Below are positions 24,518 to 32,000 of a DNA stretch of 32,000 nt, one piece after another. Location of the stretch: contig CBDCNV010000002.1 of assembly GCA_965219535.1 (NCBI GenBank), forward strand, positions 870,001 to 902,000, given 5' to 3'. The position numbers were made by a program, and so were the translations under genes. The notes below the pieces were generated by a model. The model was given only the letters and a program-made list of their open reading frames with translations, was not told the origin of the DNA and ran no database searches. Numbering within the stretch: the first letter of the stretch is position 1; every line of letters starts with the position of its first letter. This stretch comes from Opitutales bacterium. Its GTDB lineage: Bacteria; Verrucomicrobiota; Verrucomicrobiia; Opitutales; PNEW01.

Positions 24518-25279
24518 TCAGGGCTTCCGCAATTCGAAGATAATAAAGTTTGGGACCCGAAGTTCGTCATCGAGATCTGGATACAATGCCAATTGTTTTT
24601 CTGTTACAGTAGGTTCTATTATGCCTTCAATGCTAAAGCCAGCCTCTAAAAATCCATTGATGTAGGTAGACAAGGAGCGGTGGTAATTAGTAAGGGGGCA
24701 GCTCCTCCATTTCCAATGGCGTCCCCCTTCGTCAAAGTAGTCATCCAGAATTACATGCTTTTTCTCACCGTCCTCTGTCTTAAGCCATACGCCAGCAGCA
24801 GACCGCATGGGGTGTAAGTTAGCTATGATGAACCTTCCCCCGGATTTCAGTATTCGATAAACTTCGATCGTATTTTCATTATGGTTTGGCAGGTCACACT
24901 GATTTAAATAGGACACCGCAAGTTCAAACGAGTTGTCTTCAAGAAAGCTCAGGTCCTGGGCATCGGCAAGACGGTATTCATCACGCTCTGTTTGCAGTTC
25001 TTTCGCAGCTTCAATCATGGGTGCGCAAAGATCGATGCCCAGCACGTAGGATGCACCCCGTGTTGAAAGCATTCTTGAGAATCGGCCTTCACCACACCCG
25101 CAATCGATGACACTGAGGCCTTCTACATTCCCGCAAACACCCAGCATAGATTCATCGAGCAAACCTTTGCGATGGGTATTTTTGCCTTCTCTGGCTTCTT
25201 TGATCCAGCTTGGAGCCATGTCATGCCATTCATTATTAATATCATCCCTTTTCATCTCACTCATTTCGCTTTCTAGCAC
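24518..25279 (-). CDS. Class I SAM-dependent methyltransferase
   Basis: 253-aa ORF with motif I VIDCGCGEGRFS, and post-I GIDL. The start is probably one of the internal Met codons (25264 or 25255), given the overlap with the upstream gene. Confidence 0.85.
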   Translation of the reverse strand: MLESEMSEMKRDDINNEWHDMAPSWIKEAREGKNTHRKGLLDESMLGVCGNVEGLSVIDCGCGEGRFSRMLSTRGASYVLGIDLCAPMIEAAKELQTERDEYRLADAQDLSFLEDNSFELAVSYLNQCDLPNHNENTIEVYRILKSGGRFIIANLHPMRSAAGVWLKTEDGEKKHVILDDYFDEGGRHWKWRSCPLTNYHRSLSTYINGFLEAGFSIEGIIEPTVTEKQLALYPDLDDELRVPNFIIFELRKP

Positions 25280-26048
25280 GTATGTGAAGAAAGTACGCTA
25301 CTACTTGGGCATCCTGCATATCAGGACACGATTGGACAGATTTATCATTTGGACAGGGTTCTTCGACCCGTTCGATCACAAATCCAGTGTCGTTAATAAG
25401 ATTGAGCCATTGACTTATAGTTCGAGTGAAGCGCGGTGTCTTAAATTTATTTAGTTTCTCTCTAATTTCCATTGGGGCAGAGTTAAAAGTCCATTCATTG
25501 ATGTCACCTTGCAGGTTGCGGAAATAATCGCCAACTTCGATCGCATAAGTCAGGCCTTCCTCATTTCTTAGGTTACGTCGATGTGGAGTTGAAAAACAGG
25601 GATGTTCAATTGAAAACTGAATGAAACCACCAGGTCCGATTACTCGATGGGCTTGTCTAAGCGCAAGATCGATTTCAGGGATGCTCATGAAACTCATGAA
25701 TGCTACAGCAAAGTCAAATTCGGCATCGTTAAAAGGCAGGTCAACAGCGCTCGCAATTTTGTAGTCAATCCCAACTGGCTCTTTTTCTTCTGTCTGCTTT
25801 GCGAATCGGATGAAATCCTCGGAAATGTCAATGGCTGTTACACGTGCGCCGCGATCTGCAAGGATTCGTGTGTTGTGGCCTTCGCCGCAACCAATGTCCA
25901 ACCCTGATAGCCCGGCAACCTCGGGCAGCATGTCGAAGAAGGCTGGCGTATTGAGATAATCCCGATACAAATCGTATCCAGCTCTGGAAAGCTTAGTCCA
26001 AGCCTCAGCATTCCCGTTCCAATATTTTCCAACTTCTTCGTGATTCAT
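25257..26048 (-). CDS. Class I SAM-dependent methyltransferase (diverged tandem paralog)
   Basis: 263-aa ORF with motif I GLDIGCGEGHNTRILADRGARVTAIDIS. Confidence 0.85.
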   Translation of the reverse strand: MNHEEVGKYWNGNAEAWTKLSRAGYDLYRDYLNTPAFFDMLPEVAGLSGLDIGCGEGHNTRILADRGARVTAIDISEDFIRFAKQTEEKEPVGIDYKIASAVDLPFNDAEFDFAVAFMSFMSIPEIDLALRQAHRVIGPGGFIQFSIEHPCFSTPHRRNLRNEEGLTYAIEVGDYFRNLQGDINEWTFNSAPMEIREKLNKFKTPRFTRTISQWLNLINDTGFVIERVEEPCPNDKSVQSCPDMQDAQVVAYFLHIRARKRNE

Positions 26049-26137
26049 ATTTCGATCGTATTCAATTGCCTTACATTAGATTTGATAATCGGCAATTTAT
26101 CAAATCTCGGTTGTAGCGGGAAGAAAGTAATATAAGG

Positions 26138-26166
26138 GAATTCGCAGTCTGACCCTTTATGTTTTC
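26138..26166. repeat. Solo right-end unit of the GGGTCAGACTGCGAATTC family
   Basis: gaattcgcagtctgaccctttatgttttc matches the right ends of units A and B. No partner left end is nearby. Confidence 0.8.
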
Positions 26167-26295
26167 CTCTGAGGCGTTTAATTGTTCTCCTACCACATCG
26201 GTCACCCAGTAATCCAGCACTTCCTTTTCATGATCGTCAACGGTCCCTGATGCATGGCTTCTGTTTGATCCGACCTTTCGCCATCATTTGTGCCA

Positions 26296-27639
26296 TCACG
26301 TGGCTGGGTTCATGGGGCCGAGACGCTCGATGCGGCGGCGGGTGGCTAACAGAACTATGGTAGCAGCTCCCAGGGCCACTGCAAAGGCTCCGTATTCAAT
26401 GCTCGGTGCACGGGAACTGGCGGACGCGACGTACCCTCCGAGCAAGCCCCCCAGTCCGGTCGAAACGAACCACACGCCCGTGAGCCGCTCCACCCAGCCA
26501 TCTGGCGCCCAGCGAGTAACCATCGACAGGCCGACGGGACCGAGGATCGCAACCGCCGCGGCTTGCAGAACATAGAAAGACAGCAACATGCCAGCACTCG
26601 CACCCTGAGAGCCATCCGGCGCTAAGCCCCGTGCAGCAACGCTGAGCAACAAGAAGGACGCGGCAATGAATGCGATGCTGATCGCGATCTTCGTTGGTGC
26701 CGACTGCGGCGCGCCCCGATCTTCCAAGCGACGCCACACCGCAGCGACCGGCAGGGCCAAGGCGACCACGAACAGCGCGAACACCGACAGGAACACGGTA
26801 GGCGGTACCTCCCAGCCGAGCACTCGCCGATCGACAAAGTTCTGCGCGAAAAACACCACCGAACCGCCCATCTGACTGCAGCCCACATAGAACACCAAGC
26901 AGAACAGCGCAAGCAACAGAACCCCCAACACGCGGCGCTTTTCATGGGGCGACAACGCTTCCCTCTTATTGGCGCCTCCCCCCGCGATGGCCACGGCAGT
27001 AACGCGCCGCGTCGCTAACGCGAGCACCACGACCCCCAACACTGCCGCCAGTGCCAGCATAACATAGAAACCCGTCCAGTCGAGACGGACCACTACCGGA
27101 CCGGCTAGCGCCTGCGTCGCAAACGTCCCCATAGTCGACACCATGTAGAAGATGACAAAACCGTCGTCGCGTTTGCTTCTCGTGGAGGTCGAGGATTCGC
27201 CAACATTATATGCGTCGCTAACCATGGTGACGACGGTCGGCCAAAACAAACCGTAGCCCAAAGTTATAAGCACCGCGCCGACGAGCGTGAAGTTCGGCGA
27301 CCCGACGAGAAATAGAAGCGACCCACTGCAGAGACACAACAGCGCAGCTTGGGCGATGTGTACACACCGTTGCGGCGCGGCAGCGGACCGAAGCCGCGAC
27401 ACCGCGAACCCGCCGAGTGCGGGCATCATAAAAGCGAGCCCCAACATCAGCCCGTACGATGACATCGCTCGCTCCTGGCTAAATCCGAGGCGACTGGTGG
27501 CGTAGAGCGGGAACATGCTCGCCAAGCCCCAGAAACAGAAATTGTGCAAGAGCGCGACCCCACTAAGAATTTTTGTCGTCGCCGATAGTGAACGCCAGTT
27601 CATGAGTATCACTCTTATGAAACTGCCCGATTCGGGCAA
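26296..27639 (-). CDS. MFS-type transporter
   Basis: 447-aa ORF in the high-G+C block, made almost entirely of hydrophobic segments (about a dozen) with a central charged loop (ATRRVTAVAIAGGGANKREALSPHEKRR). Confidence 0.7.
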   Translation of the reverse strand: MPESGSFIRVILMNWRSLSATTKILSGVALLHNFCFWGLASMFPLYATSRLGFSQERAMSSYGLMLGLAFMMPALGGFAVSRLRSAAAPQRCVHIAQAALLCLCSGSLLFLVGSPNFTLVGAVLITLGYGLFWPTVVTMVSDAYNVGESSTSTRSKRDDGFVIFYMVSTMGTFATQALAGPVVVRLDWTGFYVMLALAAVLGVVVLALATRRVTAVAIAGGGANKREALSPHEKRRVLGVLLLALFCLVFYVGCSQMGGSVVFFAQNFVDRRVLGWEVPPTVFLSVFALFVVALALPVAAVWRRLEDRGAPQSAPTKIAISIAFIAASFLLLSVAARGLAPDGSQGASAGMLLSFYVLQAAAVAILGPVGLSMVTRWAPDGWVERLTGVWFVSTGLGGLLGGYVASASSRAPSIEYGAFAVALGAATIVLLATRRRIERLGPMNPAT

Positions 27640-27642
27640 TTT

Positions 27643-28938
27643 TCATCGATGTCCTTCCCTTGACGCGTCCGGGTTGGTGCTGCTAAGAGTTGTAACGCGG
27701 TGCTTGGCATGGCTTTGCATTTTCTGAGCGAACTTCTTCGCGCGCTCCATCGATTCGCCGACTCCACGCACGCAATCCTCGGTTTCCCACCGGTGAATCG
27801 CATCCGCGTCTTCGGACTCCAGTTTTCCGTTGTCGGCGAGAGCCCGAATTTCCTCGCCGCCGCACCACCGGAACTCCGGCCCGGGTGTGCGAGCGGCCGT
27901 TGCCCCTTCGCTGTCCTGGTAAGCATAAACCCGGCGGACGCCGTCCTCGTTACGATAATCGGCAATGTAAGTCATCCACGGGATCTCGAGACCGTATTTC
28001 TTCTGTAGCGACATATCCAGCTGCCCGATTACATCGGCCGTTACCGACTCCTGCACTAGCTTTTCCAGCGGAGCCGCGCCCGGCAGTTTCCAATCCCTGG
28101 CATCGCCTTCCACGAGCAGGAAATTCCCCCCATGATCGACAATCAACCGCGCCTCCGCAAAAAACTGATCCCCGTGATGCGGCACAAATCGCTTGCCCTC
28201 CTCGCTGAACGCCGAGAAAGCTCTCTCGCGAAACAACTGCGGGCCGCATCCCGGCGGTGCATTGACGGCCCGGTACTTGAGGTAGATCCCGTACCGGTCG
28301 TGATTTGAACGGTTACCCTTGCCCTCGTGCCAGGTGAACCCGTGTATGAAGCAAAGGTCGCCCCGCTTTAGTTCCGCATCGATCAGCGGCGCGATGTCGG
28401 ACGCCTGCGCGCGATGGACCTCGCTAACCTTGTCGGTGACCGGCACGATCTTCGACTCCCTGTGCGAGCCGGGGGAAACGAGTAGCGAACCGGTCTCTTC
28501 ATCTAGATCGGTGAGCGGAATAATCGCAAATAGCCAGTTGAGCGACGAACCCGCCTGCTGGTAGGTCTTGTAGTCGCAGTGCCCGGTGGGGTGACTCCCC
28601 TGGTAATCGCCTTGGGTGCCGACGGCCCCGGGCGTTTTCAAGTAAGAAACGAAGGCCGAAAGACAGACGTTACCGCCAAGAAGCGATTCGACCGGACCGG
28701 TAACGGCCGGATGCTCGCCAATTAACAATAGATCCGGATCGTCCTGATACTGTCCTTCAACCGTATACAAAGTCTTCGGCGCCGGATAGACTTTTCCGCA
28801 GCTGCTGCAATTGCCGGATGTGACCGCCCCGTACACTCCACGATCCAGGCGCTCCAACTCTTCATCCGTAAACGCCCCCTTTACGACGAGATAACCGTTT
28901 TCGTCGTAAAATTGTCTTTGCTCCAAAGTCAGGTTCAT
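27643..28938 (-). CDS. Phytanoyl-CoA dioxygenase (PhyH)-family Fe(II)/2-oxoglutarate oxygenase with a ~170-aa C-terminal extension
   Basis: The N-terminus LTLEQRQFYDENGYLVVKGAFTDEELERL is typical of PhyH proteins. Candidate facial triad: HCD (in HPTGHCDYK) and the His in GFTWHEGKGNRS. It lies 3 nt upstream of the MFS gene. Confidence 0.75.
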   Translation of the reverse strand: MNLTLEQRQFYDENGYLVVKGAFTDEELERLDRGVYGAVTSGNCSSCGKVYPAPKTLYTVEGQYQDDPDLLLIGEHPAVTGPVESLLGGNVCLSAFVSYLKTPGAVGTQGDYQGSHPTGHCDYKTYQQAGSSLNWLFAIIPLTDLDEETGSLLVSPGSHRESKIVPVTDKVSEVHRAQASDIAPLIDAELKRGDLCFIHGFTWHEGKGNRSNHDRYGIYLKYRAVNAPPGCGPQLFRERAFSAFSEEGKRFVPHHGDQFFAEARLIVDHGGNFLLVEGDARDWKLPGAAPLEKLVQESVTADVIGQLDMSLQKKYGLEIPWMTYIADYRNEDGVRRVYAYQDSEGATAARTPGPEFRWCGGEEIRALADNGKLESEDADAIHRWETEDCVRGVGESMERAKKFAQKMQSHAKHRVTTLSSTNPDASREGHR

Positions 28939-28947
28939 GGTGGTTAT

Positions 28948-29184
28948 TTACTCTCGGTGATCGGGGGCCCGGCAAGCGCAATCGATGACACTGAGGCCTT
29001 CTACATTTCCGCATTCACCCAGCATAGATTCATCGAGCAAGCCGTTGCGATGAGTATTTTTGCCTTCTCTGGACTCTTTGATCCAGTCTGGAGCCAAGTC
29101 AAGCCATTCATTATTAAAATCATCCCTGTTCATCCCACTCATCATTAGGCATTCAATCTCAAAAAGCAGATACAATTGTTCCAA
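28948..29184 (-). pseudogene. Truncated N-terminal fragment of a methyltransferase paralog
   Basis: 28985-29144 aligns at nucleotide level (about nine in ten by eye) with 25100-25264. The protein MSGMNRDDFNNEWLDLAPDWIKESREGKNTHRNGLLDESMLGECGNVEGLSVIDC|ACRAPDHRE breaks exactly at SAM motif I (VIDCGCGEG in the intact copy). Confidence 0.85.
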
Positions 29185-29191
29185 TGTCTAA

Positions 29192-29641
29192 TTAGCTAGC
29201 ATCAATTTTCCTATTCTCTAAATAATCATTCACCGCATCCCAAAGTGGGTGGTCCGGCTGCATATGCTTGTGATAGAAATCCACTGTTTTGCTCCATACA
29301 GGTCTACCCAACACCTCAGTAATGATTCGTTCCGACTCTTTCCCAATTCCTGTTGTGCTTTGATAGGTTGTTACATGCACGCTCATCTCTCCGACATTGA
29401 ACTTAAATGAATGTGGTTTCGCTGTGGTGATCTGCGTAGGTCCATATTCTTTGAATACCTCCCTCGCTTCTTCGATGCATCCCCACTTCACGGTAACATC
29501 GAGATCATCCATATCAAAAAGGATACCCTGTGCGAATAGTGCGGTGGAAGCGTCGAGTTGGTAGGTAATCGCGTTCAATTCCAATTCATGAACGATGGTG
29601 ACAATCAGATTTTCCCAATCTCTTCTCCGTAGAATCCTCAT
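29192..29641 (-). CDS. Pol-beta-superfamily nucleotidyltransferase-fold protein (Lnu/ANT(2'')-like)
   Basis: 149-aa ORF. ITYQLDASTALFAQGILFDMDDLDVTV parallels the VTYWLDGGWGVD...DIDIDF segment of small lincosamide/aminoglycoside nucleotidyltransferases as I recall them, with [G/A]S ... DxD spacing. Confidence 0.4.
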   Translation of the reverse strand: MRILRRRDWENLIVTIVHELELNAITYQLDASTALFAQGILFDMDDLDVTVKWGCIEEAREVFKEYGPTQITTAKPHSFKFNVGEMSVHVTTYQSTTGIGKESERIITEVLGRPVWSKTVDFYHKHMQPDHPLWDAVNDYLENRKIDAS

Positions 29642-29668
29642 GACAGTGTTTGCTTTTCCTTCTTCAAT

Positions 29669-30331
29669 TCAGATTCTCCGCAAGGCTTCACTCAAATCCA
29701 ATTGACGAAATGATTGACTCAACGTGCTGGCGGCCATTCGCTCCTGCCATTGTCCGCGTTGCTCCCGCGCTGCGTCGTCGGCTGGTACGGAGTCGAGAAC
29801 GGCCAGGGCAAAGTCGCGGAGTAGTTGACTCTGACACTCTATGACAAGATCGGATGACTCCGTAGTACCGGTTTCGGAGTATGCAAAGCAGTGCTTGATA
29901 TTGCGCCTGGCGCTTTCATGTTCAACAGGTGCGATCGCAGCTTCGTGTACATCGTTATCAGGAACCAGTAGGACGGTCACACCCCGCCCGGTAATGGCCT
30001 CTACTGTCTGCTGCGCATCGGGTGGAACGTGGACATTCTTATGGTAAGGCCAGATGTCAAACATGCCATAGTCGGCACACGGGTTTTCACGCTGAAAGGT
30101 GAAGAAATCCGGGTAGGCAAAGAACTCCGATTCTCGTTCTCGATAGCGATCATAGAATGCCGTCACATATGACATGATGAGAGTGATGGCGCCAATGCCT
30201 TCGAGCCGATGGGGGGTCACGATGCCGACACGATCCGTATCCTGAACGGACGAAAAAAACTCAGCATGCTGGACGGCCTTTCCACGCCACGTGATCTTGA
30301 AATCGGTGCCACGGATGCTGCTGCTGTGCAT
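29669..30331 (-). CDS. Hypothetical protein
   Basis: 220-aa ORF with coding-like composition. No motif I can assign. Confidence 0.5.
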   Translation of the reverse strand: MHSSSIRGTDFKITWRGKAVQHAEFFSSVQDTDRVGIVTPHRLEGIGAITLIMSYVTAFYDRYRERESEFFAYPDFFTFQRENPCADYGMFDIWPYHKNVHVPPDAQQTVEAITGRGVTVLLVPDNDVHEAAIAPVEHESARRNIKHCFAYSETGTTESSDLVIECQSQLLRDFALAVLDSVPADDAAREQRGQWQERMAASTLSQSFRQLDLSEALRRI

Positions 30332-30397
30332 GAAAGGTCGAACAAGTGAACCTGAAGTTCTACATACTCACGAATCTGATCTCCACTCTCGCTCTAT

Positions 30398-31522
30398 TCA
30401 GGTTCCTGACTTACGGGCGAAGCGGACGACACAGGGATTCGGATCGTGGAGTGCTATCTCGAAAAGGGACCGGTTGGCATTGCGATCAAGGCGCCCCATG
30501 AGGGCTGCCGTCTCAAGGCGGACGGCCGCGCTTGGATCCTTCAGCCCCTGCTCAAACCATCGCACTGCTCCCTGACTGTCGTGCCTGGCGAGTGCTGCCG
30601 TGGCCGCAGCACGGATTCGGTCGTCGTCTGACTCGACGAGCGGCATCAAGATACTGCAATCTATTTCATCGCAGTGAACCATCCCTTGGAGCGCGGCGAC
30701 GCGGACATCTCTCGACTCATCATCCATGAAGAGCAGACACCAGTCGAATAAATCAGGGACCTTCATCTCGGTCAGGCGCTTCAACCCGCGGACGCGACGT
30801 TTTGTATTGGTAGACTCCAAACAATCAATTGCTTCCTCCTGAGGTTTAACCTTTGGATGTTCCTGCACCGGCGGCTCTTTTTTTACCTTTAGCCGCGGGC
30901 GACTCAATTCCAGTTTCACGAGATCGACATTAGCATCGCGGAAGAATTCCGGAAGCCATTGCCGCGCCTTTTTCAAAAACTCGTTGGGGTCCGTTCCGCG
31001 TTCGGGTTGAAAGGTAATGCGATGATGATGCCAGCGCCACAGGCGTACGAGACCAGGATGACGTGGATTGACGCCTTCTGAAAGTCGGAGACCAAGCAAC
31101 TCGTTCACCCAGTCTGCCAGCTCATGGGGTGTGTTCAGTTCGACGATACGCTTCAGCTTCTTACAATGGGCCGCTGGAGTAAGACCATCAGGTGATTTCG
31201 CGTCATGTTGAATCTGTTGGCGCAATAATCTGCATGCCTCGGGATCGGAAAAAACGTCGTCGAGTTCAGCCGATAGCTCCTTAAGTATCGCGCGCCACCG
31301 CCGACTTTTTTTAGCGAGTCGAAGAAGTGTGGCAATAGCATGAATAGCTGGAACCTTGACACGTGTCCTTGGCTCATGGGCAGCCTGGAACACCTTTCGC
31401 CATAGAGGCATATCCAGGACATGACTCCGGCAAGGGCAGATATTCCGCATCACCTTTGACTGCTCTTCGCATGAACCCTCCTCGAGGGCTCGGTTAAGTT
31501 GCGCTATATTGTATGAGGGCAT
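30398..31522 (-). CDS. HEAT-repeat protein
   Basis: 374-aa ORF. The C-terminal third has HEAT/PBS-lyase-type repeats (DVRVAALQGM, DDRIRAAATAALARH, DPSAAVRLETAALMGRL, DPNPCVVRFA). Confidence 0.6.
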   Translation of the reverse strand: MPSYNIAQLNRALEEGSCEEQSKVMRNICPCRSHVLDMPLWRKVFQAAHEPRTRVKVPAIHAIATLLRLAKKSRRWRAILKELSAELDDVFSDPEACRLLRQQIQHDAKSPDGLTPAAHCKKLKRIVELNTPHELADWVNELLGLRLSEGVNPRHPGLVRLWRWHHHRITFQPERGTDPNEFLKKARQWLPEFFRDANVDLVKLELSRPRLKVKKEPPVQEHPKVKPQEEAIDCLESTNTKRRVRGLKRLTEMKVPDLFDWCLLFMDDESRDVRVAALQGMVHCDEIDCSILMPLVESDDDRIRAAATAALARHDSQGAVRWFEQGLKDPSAAVRLETAALMGRLDRNANRSLFEIALHDPNPCVVRFARKSGT

Positions 31523-31626
31523 CAGAGATAACCAACTAGAAAGGGGTAGGGTTGATTTATACGATAAATTTAGCTCTGAAGTCTCGACAGGTCAATATCT
31601 GATTAGCAGTGTCTCTGGCTGGTCAT

Positions 31627-32000
31627 TTATTCCGCTAATGGATCTAACTCGAACACATCAAGTATGGTACGAGTTGCACCGAGCAATCGAACTATCTTAC
31701 CATCGATGGTTATAAGTTCTGAACCCTTGGGTGACGGCGGAAGCATTTTTCTAAGCTCGTCGGGTAGTGGTTGAGCTGCATTATAAACATCAGCAGACAT
31801 TACCTCGCCACGAGCTATTTTCATTTGCCATCCTGGAGGTAAATCTCCGCCTCTGTTCACTTTTTTTGCTAAACCGGGAGGTAAAGTTTTCTTCTTATTT
31901 ATTTTATTCCCCTTTGATCCCTTAGGCCTGCTTTGCTCGATGTACTTTTCAATAATTTCCTTTTCTCCAATATTTATTTCAAATTTTATCCAGGGATCAG
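31627..32000 (-). CDS. LPPG-repeat small protein (RcnB/CigR-like), 5' end outside the window
   Basis: The frame stays open from 31860 to the window edge (hand translation ...DPWIKFEINIGEKEIIEKYIEQSRPKGSKGNKINKKKTLPPGLAKKVNRGGDLPPGWQMKIARGE...). LPPGLAKK / LPPGWQ followed by ...ITIDGKIVRLLGATRTILDVF resembles RcnB/CigR-type proteins. Confidence 0.45.
   Translation of the reverse strand, partial: DPWIKFEINIGEKEIIEKYIEQSRPKGSKGNKINKKKTLPPGLAKKVNRGGDLPPGWQMKIARGEVMSADVYNAAQPLPDELRKMLPPSPKGSELITIDGKIVRLLGATRTILDVFELDPLAE

Noticed and set aside
26288-28564. Many 60-120-aa ORFs on both strands inside the GC-rich block (for example 26288-26575, 26396-26737, 27885-28208).
   Set aside because: High-G+C DNA generates long stop-free shadow frames. 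All are nested in the 447-aa MFS and 431-aa PhyH ORFs, which carry recognisable features. The same reasoning applies to the antisense ORFs inside 1103-6267.
29669-30331. RRNIKH in the 220-aa protein as a HEPN Rx4-6H motif, which would make it the partner of the adjacent nucleotidyltransferase (an MNT/HEPN toxin-antitoxin pair).
   Set aside because: This is a single short match in a protein whose N-terminal half does not look all-helical, and its register differs from the RNxxxH of DUF86. That is too weak without a profile search.

Overview
A 32-kb, repeat-rich chromosomal segment of moderate G+C. It encodes FG-GAP/VCBS and Ig-like secreted proteins and an S8 protease, which suggests a marine PVC-type (verrucomicrobium-like) bacterium; that assignment is inference only. 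I support about 30 CDS, one tRNA-Asp(GTC), one IS481-like insertion sequence, one REP-associated tyrosine transposase (RAYT) and several gene fragments.

Main observations:
1. Two integron-type gene cassettes lie on the minus strand at 18.2-20.0 kb. Both have attC sites of classical architecture and an attI-like, promoter-bearing leader. No integrase is present in the window (CALIN-like). The block sits beside tRNA-Asp and is bracketed by a duplicated tRNA 3' end.
2. A REP/RAYT system: the RAYT gene is flanked by inverted REPs. Dispersed REP doublets show compensatory stem substitutions, a 30-bp indel in the hairpin loop and appended heptad arrays.
3. A second inverted-repeat family (core GGGTCAGACTGCGAATTC) forms ~360-bp MITE-like units that contain only the N-terminal remnant of a different Y1/HUH transposase. 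One copy abuts a truncated paralog of the 746-aa secreted protein.
4. A high-G+C two-gene block (PhyH-type dioxygenase plus MFS transporter) interrupts a methyltransferase paralog.
5. An 18-bp TIR family (AATCTTCGTCTTCGTC) bounds intergenic and gene-carrying units.
6. An IS is inserted in a palindrome with a 7-bp duplication.

All function calls come from motifs read by eye. No database search was run.
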